A DNA stretch of 64,000 nucleotides from an uncultured Clostridia bacterium (GTDB lineage: Bacteria; Bacillota; Clostridia; TANB77; CAG-508), in the NCBI GenBank assembly GCA_947594935.1, contig CANQEM010000004.1:133-64132 (forward strand). The letters are read 5' to 3'. Under the pieces are notes generated by a model, which did no database searches, was not told where the DNA came from, and saw only the letters and a program-made list of their open reading frames with translations. Made by a program: the position numbers and the translations under genes. This document shows positions 10,998 to 22,420 of this stretch, in pieces. Numbering within the stretch: the stretch's first letter is position 1; every line of letters starts with the position of its first letter.

Positions 10998-11801
10998 ATG
11001 GATATCAAAAGAATTACATCAGGTTTGTTAGGTTTTCCACTTGTATTATTAGTACTTTTAATAGGAAACAAGTATATTGTAGATTTTGCATTGGCAGCTG
11101 TTGCAATACTTGCAATTGATGAATATTTTAATGCAGTATCAAAAATATGTAAGCCAATTAAATGGGTTGGATATTTAAGTTGCCTTAGTATATGCTTTAT
11201 ACATGTTATACCACAAGAAAGCCTTAATATAGTTGTAACTTTATCAGTACCAACAATTATGATGATTTTATTTGCAAATGTTATTGCAACAGATATGGCT
11301 ATAACTTTTAAAGATGTAGCATATACTTTTATTGGAATATTTTATGCTGTATTTTTTATGATGTTTGTTGCATTTATTGATGGAATGCCAAATGGTAAAA
11401 TACTAATTTGGTATGCTTTGTTTGCAGCTTGGGGAACAGATATATTTGCATTTTTCATAGGAATGAAATTTGGAAAGCATAAATTTAGTAAAGTTAGCCC
11501 TAAAAAATCAATTGAAGGCTGTGTCGCAGGAACTATTGGTGCTGTTGCCATGATGTTAATTTATACATATTTTGCAAATACATATTGGAATATGAACTTT
11601 TCTTATGAATATATTGCAATGATAGGGGTTATTCTAAGCTTAATGGGACAAATAGGAGACTTTGCAGCATCTAGTATAAAAAGATATGTTGGAATTAAAG
11701 ATTACAGCAATCTAATTCCAGGGCATGGAGGTATGCTAGATAGAATAGATAGTTTGCTATTCTTAGCACCATTTGCCTACGCATTTTTTACACTCATGTA
11801 A
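10998..11801 (+). CDS. cdsA: phosphatidate cytidylyltransferase
   Basis: Multi-TM protein with SSIKRYVGIKDYSNLIPGHGGMLDRIDS, the CdsA signature. Confidence 0.92.
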   Translation: MDIKRITSGLLGFPLVLLVLLIGNKYIVDFALAAVAILAIDEYFNAVSKICKPIKWVGYLSCLSICFIHVIPQESLNIVVTLSVPTIMMILFANVIATDMAITFKDVAYTFIGIFYAVFFMMFVAFIDGMPNGKILIWYALFAAWGTDIFAFFIGMKFGKHKFSKVSPKKSIEGCVAGTIGAVAMMLIYTYFANTYWNMNFSYEYIAMIGVILSLMGQIGDFAASSIKRYVGIKDYSNLIPGHGGMLDRIDSLLFLAPFAYAFFTLM

Positions 11802-11816
11802 AGGGGAGAACATATA

Positions 11817-12809
11817 TTGATTTCATTTTTATTATCAGCAGTTAAAATTATTTTTCTACTAGGTTTTTTGATTTTAATACATGAAACTGGGCACCTTATT
11901 GTTGCCAAGCTTTGTAAAGTAAAAGTAAATGAATTTGCAATCGGTTTTGGACCAACAATATTTAGAAAACAAGGAAAAGAAACAAAATATGCACTACGAT
12001 TGATACCACTTGGTGGCTTTTGTAGCATGGAAGGAGAAGAGCAAAGGTCAGAGACCGAAGGCTCTTTTTCTCAGGCAAGCATTCCTAAAAGATTAGCAAT
12101 TGTAGTAGCTGGTGCAAGTGTGAATATAATTTTCGGACTGGTAGTATATTTTATTTTAACAGCATCAACAGGCAACTATGTAACAAACATTGTTGATTCT
12201 ACAATAGAAGGGTATCCTGCACAAGAAATAGGTTTACAGCAAGAAGATAAAATAATAGAAATTGATGGAAACAAAATCAATAATATATATGATATAGAAA
12301 ATTGCTTAGATAAAATACAAAACGAGCAAGTAAAATTAAAAATAGAAAGAAATGGCGAAGTAAAAGAATACACAATAAAACCAGAAGGCATAATAGGAGT
12401 GATTTTAAAAAGAGCAGAAGATACTTTTATAAACCATTTGTTACATGGTGGAATCAAAACAAAAAATTTTGCTTTTTCAATTATAGATAATATAAAAATG
12501 CTATTTACTGGTAAAGTAGGAGTAGACCAGATGATAGGACCTATTGGAATATCAGAAGTGGTGGCTAAAACAAGTGGTTTCCAAGAATTCATATATTTAC
12601 TAGCACTAATTTCTTTATCATTAGGAGTAACTAATTTGTTGCCAATACCAGCACTTGACGGTGGAAAAGTTGTTATTCTATTAGTTGAAGCAATACGCAA
12701 AAAGCCACTTGATGAAGAATTAGAAATAAAAATACAATTAGCAGGTTTTTCAATACTCATTTTATTATCAATATATGTAGCATATAATGATATTTTAAGA
12801 ATACTTTAA
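11817..12809 (+). CDS. rseP: RIP zinc metalloprotease RseP (site-2 protease)
   Basis: HETGHLIVA (HExxH), a PDZ-like middle region, and NLLPIPALDGG. Confidence 0.9.
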   Translation: MISFLLSAVKIIFLLGFLILIHETGHLIVAKLCKVKVNEFAIGFGPTIFRKQGKETKYALRLIPLGGFCSMEGEEQRSETEGSFSQASIPKRLAIVVAGASVNIIFGLVVYFILTASTGNYVTNIVDSTIEGYPAQEIGLQQEDKIIEIDGNKINNIYDIENCLDKIQNEQVKLKIERNGEVKEYTIKPEGIIGVILKRAEDTFINHLLHGGIKTKNFAFSIIDNIKMLFTGKVGVDQMIGPIGISEVVAKTSGFQEFIYLLALISLSLGVTNLLPIPALDGGKVVILLVEAIRKKPLDEELEIKIQLAGFSILILLSIYVAYNDILRIL

Positions 12810-12903
12810 CTATTATAAATATTGCTTTTTTAGTGATATTGTGGTATAATAAACTTTGTCAAAAAAAGCATGAATATATCCAGACATATAGGAGGATACA
12901 AGA

Positions 12904-13287
12904 ATGAAAAAACCAGAAAATTTAAAGGAACTACGGGAAATAGCGTTTTCTATCCCAGACATGGGAATGGAGATTCGCGAAAAGAAATGTCACAACAGAG
13001 AATTGTATGAGTACACAGAAAACAGATTTTTATTTCAGAAAAGATTTTATGTTCAGGACGACAGAATGATGTTCTTCATCAACGGGAATGAGTACATGGT
13101 GCCGTATTTTGATGAGGCAAAGAAAATTCTTCTTGAAAATGGCTATGAAGAAACATATATAACGCCACTTTTCACGAAAGACGAAATTCCAGTTGATAAG
13201 GAAGCAGCAAAAAGGTGGAAACACTTAGAGGAGGCAGTTAAAGAATTTAAAAAAGTAAAAAAGCATCATTTATTTCAGTTTTTTTGA
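12904..13287 (+). CDS. hypothetical protein (127 aa), visibly GC-richer than its neighbours
   Basis: It has its own extended -10 (TGGTATAAT) and a TAGGAGGA RBS. No family recognised. It contains an in-frame CGG (12934-12936, context CGG-G) that does not need a frame change. Confidence 0.55.
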   Translation: MKKPENLKELREIAFSIPDMGMEIREKKCHNRELYEYTENRFLFQKRFYVQDDRMMFFINGNEYMVPYFDEAKKILLENGYEETYITPLFTKDEIPVDKEAAKRWKHLEEAVKEFKKVKKHHLFQFF

Positions 13288-13299
13288 GTTTTACAGGTT

Positions 13300-13340
13300 A
13301 ACATGTTACCGCTTGTTTAGGGTAACATGTTTTTCTTTTG
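13300..13340 (+). terminator. rho-independent terminator
   Basis: 11-bp stem AACATGTTACC / GGTAACATGTT with a 10-nt loop and a T-run. Confidence 0.75.
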
Positions 13341-13430
13341 CAAAAAAAGTTCAAAAAAATTTTTTGTTCGCTTTTTTCTTTTTTTAAAATGTGCTACAAT
13401 AATTTTATATTGATAGGAGATGAAAACAAA

Positions 13431-16400
13431 ATGCCACAAAATGAAGCTCAAACTAAAACAATAAAAGAAATATTTCCAGACTACCAAACAAAATCAAATA
13501 TTTCAATGGCAAAAGTTAAAGGCTTGAACTTGCGTAAAAAGAGCAATGTTCTAGAATTAAGCCTTAATGCAGATGAATATATTGAAATAAAAGAATTGTG
13601 GTATTTTGAAAAATATCTAAGAGAAAGATTTAAATTTGAAAATGTAGAAATACGGAATAATATATGCAGAAAATGTAAAAGTAAAAAGCGTAGAAGAAGA
13701 ATGGGAAAATATAGTTTGCTATATGACGCACAAATATCCACTTGCAAGACCAATGTTATTATTAAAAAGCAAGATTGAAGTTGAGGAAAAGCAAATAAAT
13801 GTAAAACTGCACATAAAAGGAGCAGAATTTTTAAAACTAAAAAAATCAGATAAAACATTACAAAAAACAATTAAAAATTTATTAGGCAAAGAATATCATA
13901 TAAATATTATAGAAGAATTAAATTCAGAAGATATGCAGAAATACGAAGAACACATCAAAGCGTTAGAAGAACAAGAATTGCAAAAAAATATCATACAATA
14001 TGTTGAAGAAGAACAACCAGTACCAGAATATATTGACCCAGATTATCAAATGCCAGATTTAGAAGAACCGCAAGAAGTACATCAAGAATACATCATGGGC
14101 AAACCTTCAAAGGCAAAAGAAAACAAAGTCAAAATAAAAGACATCACAGCAAATGATGGCAGAGTAACTTTGGAAGGTAGAATTTTAACTTGTGAAGCAA
14201 GAGAAACAAAATCGGGAAAAGGCATGATAAATTATGAACTTTATGATGGAACAGGAACAATTGCATGTAAATCTTTTTCAAAAGACATAGAAGAAGGGGA
14301 AAAAATTGCTAAAAGAATTAAACAAGCAAAAGCAATTAAACTAATTGGAAAAGCAGGATTAGATACATATATAGGTGATGTGGCAATAATTGCAAATACT
14401 ATAATTGAAACAGATACAGAAGTTCCAAAACTTCCAACGGAAGTAGAAGATTCACCACTTATTTATGGAAATACTTTAAATATAAACGAAAAAATAACGT
14501 CAATTGCAGACTTAGGGGTAGATTCCGGAAAAGTTAGTATAAAAGGTGAAGTAATTGATGTAGAAGAAAAGAAAGACTTAAAAGGTGGCAAAAACCTATT
14601 AAGTATAGACATTTATGATGGAACAAGTACAATGACATGTAAAGCATTTGTTCAAAAAGAGCAAAGTGATAAAATAATTAGTAAACTAAAAAAGGCAAAG
14701 GGCATACAACTAGCAGGTATGGCACAAATGGACAGCTTTTCAAATGAATTAACGATTATGGCAAACACAATTATAGAAGCAGAAGGCTTAAAAAAGCAAA
14801 CAAGACAAGACAACAGCGAAATAAAGAGAGTAGAACTACATTTGCACACACAAATGAGCCAGATGGATGCCATAACATCTGCAACAGATTTAATTCAAAG
14901 AGCAATGGACTGGGGTATGAAATCTATTGCACTTACAGACCATGGAGTTGTACAAGCTTTCCCAGAAGCTCATAAACTACTAGGAGTAGACAACCCTAAC
15001 ATGAAAATCATCTATGGTGTAGAAGCTTACTTGGTTCCAGATAACACAAGATCTGTCTACAATAGCAAAAATCAAGATTTAGATACAACATATTGTGTGT
15101 TAGACCTAGAAACGACTGGATTTTCAGCCGTAAATGATAAAATCACAGAAATAGGAGTAATGAAATACAAATCAGGAGAAGTAATAGACGAATTTAGCTG
15201 TTTTGTTAATCCACAAGTACATATTCCAGCAAGAGTTACAGAAGTTACTCATATTACAGACGATATGGTTATTGACAGTGAAACAATAGATAAAGTATTT
15301 CCAAAACTTTTAGAGTTTCTAGGAGATAGTGTAATTGTTGCACATAATGCCAATTTTGATGTGGGCTTTTTAAAGCAAAATGCTAAAAACTTAGGATATG
15401 ATTTTGACTACACATACTTAGATACACTAAGTTTAGCCAAAGATTTATTCCCAGAATACAAAAAATACAAACTTGGAAAAATTGCAGAAAACTTAGGAAT
15501 AAAAGTAGATGTAGCACATAGAGCATTAGATGATGTTGATACAACTGTAAAAGTATTTCGCATCATGCTTGATATGTTAGCAAAAAGAGGAGCAAAAACA
15601 GTTGATGATATTGACAAAGTAGCAGCAGATGAACAGGCTAAAAAGGAAGAATACAAAAAATTAAAAACATATCATGCAATCATTCTAGCTAAAAACTATG
15701 TAGGACTAAGAAACCTATATAGACTAGTATCTTTATCACATCTAAATTATTTTTATAGGAAGCCACGTCTTTTAAAAAGCTTGTTAAATAAATATTCAGA
15801 AGGACTGATAATAGGAAGTGCATGTGAGGCTGGCGAATTATATCAAGCAATTGAACAGGGAAAAACAGATGAAGAAATAGAAGAAATAGCACAAGAATAT
15901 GACTATCTTGAAATTCAGCCAATAGGAAACAATCAATTCCTAGTTAGGAACGGCATAGTGCGTGATGAAGAAGCACTTAGAGATATTAACCGTAAAATAG
16001 TAAAACTAGGCGAAAAGCTGAACAAACTTGTTGTTGCAACATGTGATGTGCATTTTATGGACCCACAAGATGAAATTTATAGAAGAATTTTAGAAGCGGG
16101 TCAAAAATATGAAGACGCGGATAACCAAGCACCACTATATTTAAGAACAACAGAAGAAATGCTTAAAGAATTTAGCTATCTTGGAGAAGAAAAAGCTTAT
16201 GAAGTTGTTGTAACAAATACAAATAAAATAGCAGACATGTGTGAACAAATTAGCCCAATTTCACCAGAAAAATGCCCACCACATATACCAGGCTGTGAGC
16301 AAGAAATAAAAGACATTGCATACACAAAAGCATTCGAACTATATGGAGACCCTTTACCAGAAATTGTAAAAACAAGGCTAGATAAAGAACTAGATTCTAT

Positions 16401-18162
16401 CATAAAAAATGGCTTTTCAGTTATGTATATGATTGCGCAAAAACTTGTAAAAAAATCAAATGATGATGGTTATATAGTTGGTTCAAGAGGTTCAGTTGGT
16501 TCATCATTTGTAGCAAATATGACAGGTATCACAGAGGTAAATTCTTTGCCACCTCATTATAGATGCCCAAAATGTAAATATTCAGATTTTACAGATTATG
16601 GATATAAAAATGGTTTTGACTTACCAGATAAAAAATGTCCAAAATGTGGAGAACCGCTTCATAAAGATGGTATGGATATACCTTTTGAAACCTTTTTAGG
16701 TTTCAATGGAGACAAAGAGCCAGATATTGACTTAAACTTTTCAGGAGAATATCAAGCAAAAGCACATAAATATACAGAAGTCATATTTGGAAAAGGCACA
16801 ACATTTAAAGCAGGAACAATTGGAACAGTAAAAGATAAAACTGCTTATGGATATGTAAAGAACTATTTTGAAGAAAGGCATATACCAGTAAATCAAGCAG
16901 AAATTAAGAGACTATCAATAGGATGTACAGGTGTAAAAAGAACAACAGGGCAACATCCAGGAGGAATTGTAGTTGTGCCAAAGGGGAGAGAAATCTATGA
17001 ATTTTGCCCAGTACAGCATCCAGCAGATGATGCAAATTCAGATATTATAACAACACACTTTGATTATCACTCTATTGATAACAACTTATTAAAACTAGAT
17101 ATACTAGGTCATGACGACCCAACAGTAATTCGTATGCTTCAAGATATAACTGGGATAGACCCAACAAAAGTGCCTTTGGACGATAAAGAAACCATGTCAA
17201 TTTTCAGTTCAACAAAAGCACTTGGAGTTACACCAGAACAAATAAAATCAGATGTTGGAAGTTATGGAATACCAGAATTCGGAACAAAGTTTGTTAGAGG
17301 TATGCTTACAGAAACAAAGCCAACAACTTTTGACGAGTTGGTACGTATTTCAGGCTTATCACATGGTACAGATGTATGGGTAGGAAATACACAAACTTTA
17401 ATAAAAGATAAAACAGTTACATTAACAGAAGCTATATGTTGCCGTGATGATATTATGATTTATCTTATAAAACAAGGCTTGCCACCTAACTCAGCTTTTA
17501 AAATAATGGAGACAGTCCGTAAAGGAAAGGCATTAAAAGACCCACAAAAATGGGGAGAATATGTTGCACTAATGAAAGAACATGATGTTCCAGATTGGTA
17601 TATTCAATCTTGTGAAAAAATCAAGTACATGTTCCCAAAGGCACACGCCGCAGCGTATGTAACAAATGCTTTTCGTATAGCATGGTTTAAAGTACATAAC
17701 CCAATGGCATATTATGCAGCATTTTTCTCAATTAGAGCAATAGAAGACTTTGACTATGAAATAATGTGCGAAGGGAAAGAAAAAGTTAAGAACAAAATGA
17801 AAGAAATTGATTTACTAGGAAATTCTGCAACGCAAAAGGACAAAGCTATGTATCCAGTTCTAGAACTAGTTTTAGAAATGTATGAAAGAGGAATAAAATT
17901 TCTACCAGTTGACCTATATATATCAGATGCTACTAAATTTATAGTAGAAGATGATGGAATAAGACCACCACTAAGCAGTATTCCAGGACTTGGAACAGTT
18001 GCAGCAGAGGGAATTGGCTTAGCAAGAAAAGATGGAAAGTTCATGTCAATTGATGACTTGAAAATTCGTTCAAAAGTAGGTGTTGCTGTAACAGACTTAT
18101 TAAAGAAATTTGGATGTCTAGATGGAATGAGTGAAAGCAATCAGATGAGTTTATTCGGTTAA
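13431..18162 (+). CDS. polC: DNA polymerase III alpha subunit, PolC type; needs a +1 frame change at CGG 13653-13655
   Basis: MPQNEAQTKTIKEIF...FENVEI, then CGG. The +1 frame continues GIIYAENVKVKSVEEEWENIVCYMTHKYPLA... into ORF 13723..18162. That ORF has the PHP motif VELHLHTQMSQMDA, the exonuclease motif VLDLETTGF...HRALDD, and the polymerase core. Confidence 0.93.
13653..13655 (+). other. frame junction at in-frame CGG (gaa ata CGG aat -> ata c GGA ata)
   Basis: (13653-13431)=222, so it is in frame. Confidence 0.85.
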
Positions 18163-18170
18163 ATAAAAAA

Positions 18171-18211
18171 AGAGAAGCCTATGTAACAGGAACACAGGCA
18201 TCTCTTTTTTA
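18171..18211 (+). terminator. terminator after polC
   Basis: Imperfect stem AGAGAAGCCT / AGGCATCTCT followed by TTTTTT. Confidence 0.6.
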
Positions 18212-18228
18212 ATTTGCATGGTTATGAG

Positions 18229-18474
18229 TTATAACGGGAAACTGAAATGCTCCCCACTTAATGATACATAGTCTATGCAGAAGATCTCTCTCCTACAATA
18301 GAAAACTGTAAAACTGATGACATCGTCTGGAATGCGAATTGACTCAATGCACCCAGTTGTAGGATTGGTTTTTATTACAATTTCTGGATGTTCACTAAGG
18401 AACGATTCCAATGTTTCGCCTAAGCGAATCCCTTGCCGTTTATCGGACTTTCTCCCCATTATTATTCCTCCCAT
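18229..18474 (-). CDS. hypothetical small protein (81 aa or less), GC-richer
   Basis: ORF only, no family recognised. It has an in-frame CGG (aaa CGG caa, context CGG-C) with no frame change needed. Confidence 0.4.
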   Translation of the reverse strand: MGGIIMGRKSDKRQGIRLGETLESFLSEHPEIVIKTNPTTGCIESIRIPDDVISFTVFYCRREIFCIDYVSLSGEHFSFPL

Positions 18475-18551
18475 TCAAGTAACATGTAAAGTAGTTACTA
18501 ACTAAGTATAGCACTAAAATTACATAAAATCAATATTTTCTTAAAAAATGC

Positions 18552-18580
18552 TTGAAAATATACTTTTAATGTGATATAAT
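18552..18580 (+). promoter_or_regulatory. sigma-A type promoter for the pheST leader
   Basis: TTGAAA (18552-18557), a 17-nt spacer, and an extended -10 TGATATAAT (TATAAT 18575-18580). Confidence 0.7.
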
Positions 18581-18589
18581 TTCTTCAAA

Positions 18590-18840
18590 CTTACAAAAAA
18601 GCAAAGTAAATTGATAGAAAACTATCAACCAGAGAAAAGTGGCAATATGCTGGAAGCCATTTAGGTAGTATCAATTGAAATTTCACTTTTTTAGTCTTTC
18701 TTTGAAATCATAAGAGAATAGGAGAAAGCGTATAAGCGCGTTACAGCTGTCAAGAGGTTAGTTATAAAACTAATAAATATAGGTGGTACCACGGAAATTA
18801 GCCATTTCGTCCTATAATACGGGCAAAATGGCTTTTTGAA
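18590..18840 (+). promoter_or_regulatory. T-box riboswitch leader (Phe specifier expected)
   Basis: AGAGA box near 18632. T-box sequence AGGTGGTACCACGG at 18781-18794. Terminator AGCCATTT...AAAATGGCT plus a T-run ends near 18838. A candidate UUC specifier lies at 18682-18684. Sits directly upstream of pheS. Confidence 0.85.
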
Positions 18841-18868
18841 TTCAATTAAAAAGGAAGGAGATTTTAAC

Positions 18869-19888
18869 ATGAAAGAACAAATTGAACAAATTGAAAACAC
18901 ATCAATAAAAGAAATCACAGATGTGCAAAACTTAAAAGAATTGCAAGACATCAAAGTAAAATACTTAGGAAAAAAAGGAGAGTTAACAACTCTTTTAAAA
19001 GAAATGGGAAAACTATCAGCAGAGGAAAGACCAGTTATTGGAAAACTAGTAAATGAAGTAAGAGATTTATTAGAAGAAAAATTTACTGAGAAAGAAAAAG
19101 AATTAGAAAGAAAAGCCTTAGAACAAAGGCTACAAACAGAAAACATAGATGTAACAGAGCCAAGCAAAAAAATAAAACTAGGTTCAATACACCCAATTAC
19201 ACAAATAATAAAAGAAGTTGAAGAAATATTTTTAGGTATGGGCTATAAAATATCAGATGGACCAGAAGTTGAAAAAACATATTATGTATTTGACCAATTA
19301 AACACACCACTAGACCACCCAGCAAGAGATATTCAAGATACTTTCTATATAACAGATAATATAATTCTTAGAAGCCAAACATCTTCTGTACAAATAAGAG
19401 AAATGGAAAACAGCAAACCACCAATTAAAATGATTTGCCCAGGTGCAGTGTACCGTTCAGACACAGTAGACGCAACACATTCACCAGTATTCCACCAAGT
19501 AGAAGGTTTAGTTGTAGATAAAAACATTTCAATGACAGATTTAAAGGGAACATTAGAAATGTTTGCAAAAAAATGTCTAGGAGAAAATACAAAAATTAGA
19601 TTTAGACCACACCATTTTCCATACACAGAGCCATCAGCAGAGGCAGATGTATCTTGCTTTGTATGTGGAGGAAAGGGTTGCCATGTTTGCAAAGGCGAAG
19701 GCTGGATAGAACTACTAGGTTGTGGTATGGTACATCCAAATGTACTAAGAAATTGTGGCATAGACCCAGAAGAATATTCTGGTTTTGCTTTTGGCTTTGG
19801 TGTAGAAAGAATTGCAATGGCAAAATTCGGCATTGAAGACATGAGACTATTATTTGAAAATGATGTAAGATTCTTAAAACAATTTTAA
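18869..19888 (+). CDS. pheS: phenylalanine--tRNA ligase alpha subunit
   Basis: [10 protein letters not shown]... after an [33 protein letters not shown] and [13 protein letters not shown] class II motifs. Confidence 0.95.
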   Translation: MKEQIEQIENTSIKEITDVQNLKELQDIKVKYLGKKGELTTLLKEMGKLSAEERPVIGKLVNEVRDLLEEKFTEKEKELERKALEQRLQTENIDVTEPSKKIKLGSIHPITQIIKEVEEIFLGMGYKISDGPEVEKTYYVFDQLNTPLDHPARDIQDTFYITDNIILRSQTSSVQIREMENSKPPIKMICPGAVYRSDTVDATHSPVFHQVEGLVVDKNISMTDLKGTLEMFAKKCLGENTKIRFRPHHFPYTEPSAEADVSCFVCGGKGCHVCKGEGWIELLGCGMVHPNVLRNCGIDPEEYSGFAFGFGVERIAMAKFGIEDMRLLFENDVRFLKQF

Positions 19889-19907
19889 AGAAAGAGAGGA
19901 AAATAAA

Positions 19908-22349
19908 ATGAAAGCTAGTAGAGAGTGGTTAGAAGAATATAGTGATATTGATGTTAATACAATTGAATTAGGGGATAAGCTCACAATGGCTGGGCAAAAA
20001 GTGGAAACAATTGAACAAACAGGGAAAAATATAAAAAATGTTGTAGTTGGAAAAATCTTGGAAATCGAAAAACACCAAGATTCAGACCATCTATTGGTTA
20101 CAAAAGTAGATGTTGGCGATGAAATTTTGCAAATTGTAACTGGTGCACCTAATATACAAGTAGGAGACTTTGTTCCAATTGCAAAAGATGGAGCAGAGTT
20201 GCCAAATGATGTTCATATAAAAACAGGACTATTACGTGGAGTTTCTTCATGTGGTATGATGTGTTCTGTTGGAGAACTAGGAATAGGAGTTCAAGATTAT
20301 CCTAATCAAATTGAAAATGGGATAATGATTTTACAAAGAGATAAAGAAGGAATAAAAGCTATATCAGATATTGACTTCAACACAAAACTTGGAAAAGACA
20401 TTGTTGAAGTTCTAGAATTGCAAGAAGATATTATTGAATTTGAAATTACACCTAATAGACCAGATTGTTTATCAATTGAAGGGCTAGGTAGAGAAACAGC
20501 AGTTACTTTAAATAAACCATTTAAAAATCCAAGAAAAGACCTAGATGAAATTGGAAAAAATGTTCAAGATAAAGAAGAAATCGAAGAGCTAAAAGTTGAT
20601 ATTGAAGCACCAGACCTTTGTTATAGATACATTGCAAGATTAGTAAAAAATGTTAAAATAGGACCATCACCAAAATGGCTAGTAAGAAGATTAAAAGCTT
20701 GTGGTATGAGGAGTATAAACAACATAGTTGATATAACAAACTATGTTATGTTAGAGCTTGGTCAACCAATGCACGCTTTTGATATTGAATCAATAGAAGG
20801 AAAACATATAACAGTAAGGAGAGCAAAAGACGGCGAAAAAATTACAACTCTTGATGAAGTTGAAAGAGAACTTAATTCAGATGACTTGGTAATATCAGAC
20901 ACAAAGAAAGCAGTTGCAATTGCAGGTGTAATGGGTGGCTTAAATTCAGAAATTGAAGCAGATACAAAAACAGTTGTATTTGAATCAGCTGTATTCTATA
21001 AAGGAGCTGTTAGAAAAACATCAAAAAAAGTTGGACTAAGAACAGAAAGTTCATCAAGGTTTGAAAAAGGACTATCACCAGAAAATGCACTAAGAGCAGT
21101 TAACAGGGCAGTACAATTAGTAGAGCTTTTAGGAGCAGGTGAAGCAATTCCTGGTAAAATTGATAAATATCCAACTGTTCAAAAAATAAATAAAGTGAAA
21201 TTAGAACCAGAAAAAATCAATCAATTATTAGGTACTAATATTTCAAAAGAAGAAATGATAAAAATCTTGGAATCCTTAGAAATCAAAGTAGAAAACGATA
21301 TTGCAATATCTCCATATTTCAGACAAGATATTGAACAAAGAGCAGATTTAGCAGAAGAAATTGCAAGATTTTATGGATATGACAAACTAGAAACAACTTT
21401 AATGAAAGCAGAAACAACAGATGGAATTAAAACAAAAGAACAAAAAATACAAGATAAAATTTTGGAAACACTACAAAATAATGGACTATCAGAAATTTAT
21501 ACTTATGGTTTTATCAATGAAAAAGAACTAGACCAATCAAATATTGCACCAGAAGTTAAAAAACTATCAATTTGCTTAACAAACCCATTAAATGATGATT
21601 ACAAATATATGAGACCATCAACTATTCCAAGTATGTTAGCAACAATTAAAACAAACATAAATAAAAAGAACAAAGAGGCTCATTTATTTGACATTTCAAG
21701 AAGATACCAAAATATAGATGGAAAAGTTGAAAAAGGGGAAGTGCCAGAGCAAGAAACAATTTTGACAATTGGTATGTATGGTGGAGAAATAGATTTCTAT
21801 ACATTAAAAGGTTTAATGGAAAATATTTTAGAACAAATTTCAGTAAGCCATTATGATATTCAAAAAGAAACAAAAAATCAATCATATCACCCAGGAAGAT
21901 GTGCAAATTTGATGGTAGGCAAAGATGTTATTGCAACATTAGGAGAAGTACATCCAGAAGTGCTAATGAATTATGAAATTACAGAAAGAGTGTACTTAGC
22001 AGAGCTAAACATCACAAAAGTTGTTAAATATGCAAGGTCAAACAAAAAATATGTGGAAGTTCCAAAATTCCCAGCAGTTGAAAGAGATATTGCAATTATT
22101 GTTGATGAAGAAATTGAAGTTGGTCAAATTGAAAAAATAATTACTAAAAAAGCAAAAAAATTATTGGAAAGTTTAGAGTTATTTGATATTTACCGTGATA
22201 GCAAACTCGGAGAAAATAAAAAGAGCCTTGCATATAGTTTAAAATTTAGAGATAAAAGCAAAACTTTGCAAGATGAAGAAATAAATGATATGATGAACTC
22301 AATAATTGAAGAATTAACTCAAAAAATAGGAGCAGAATTAAGAAAATAA
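19908..22349 (+). CDS. pheT: phenylalanine--tRNA ligase beta subunit
   Basis: 813 aa, starts MKASREWLEEY. It has tRNA-binding, B3/4, B5 and FDX-ACB-like regions and follows pheS. Confidence 0.94.
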   Translation: MKASREWLEEYSDIDVNTIELGDKLTMAGQKVETIEQTGKNIKNVVVGKILEIEKHQDSDHLLVTKVDVGDEILQIVTGAPNIQVGDFVPIAKDGAELPNDVHIKTGLLRGVSSCGMMCSVGELGIGVQDYPNQIENGIMILQRDKEGIKAISDIDFNTKLGKDIVEVLELQEDIIEFEITPNRPDCLSIEGLGRETAVTLNKPFKNPRKDLDEIGKNVQDKEEIEELKVDIEAPDLCYRYIARLVKNVKIGPSPKWLVRRLKACGMRSINNIVDITNYVMLELGQPMHAFDIESIEGKHITVRRAKDGEKITTLDEVERELNSDDLVISDTKKAVAIAGVMGGLNSEIEADTKTVVFESAVFYKGAVRKTSKKVGLRTESSSRFEKGLSPENALRAVNRAVQLVELLGAGEAIPGKIDKYPTVQKINKVKLEPEKINQLLGTNISKEEMIKILESLEIKVENDIAISPYFRQDIEQRADLAEEIARFYGYDKLETTLMKAETTDGIKTKEQKIQDKILETLQNNGLSEIYTYGFINEKELDQSNIAPEVKKLSICLTNPLNDDYKYMRPSTIPSMLATIKTNINKKNKEAHLFDISRRYQNIDGKVEKGEVPEQETILTIGMYGGEIDFYTLKGLMENILEQISVSHYDIQKETKNQSYHPGRCANLMVGKDVIATLGEVHPEVLMNYEITERVYLAELNITKVVKYARSNKKYVEVPKFPAVERDIAIIVDEEIEVGQIEKIITKKAKKLLESLELFDIYRDSKLGENKKSLAYSLKFRDKSKTLQDEEINDMMNSIIEELTQKIGAELRK

Positions 22350-22420
22350 TATCTTGACAAAAGAACATAGTATTGATAAGATAATAGTGCACATCTGTGC
22401 CTTGGAAAGGAAGGGGTAAC

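Noticed and set aside
13338-13778. Track ORF that could be read as a separate 146-aa gene before polC
   Set aside because: From ATG 13431 it is the true PolC N-terminus up to the CGG at 13653. The Lys/Arg-rich remainder is out-of-frame read-through.
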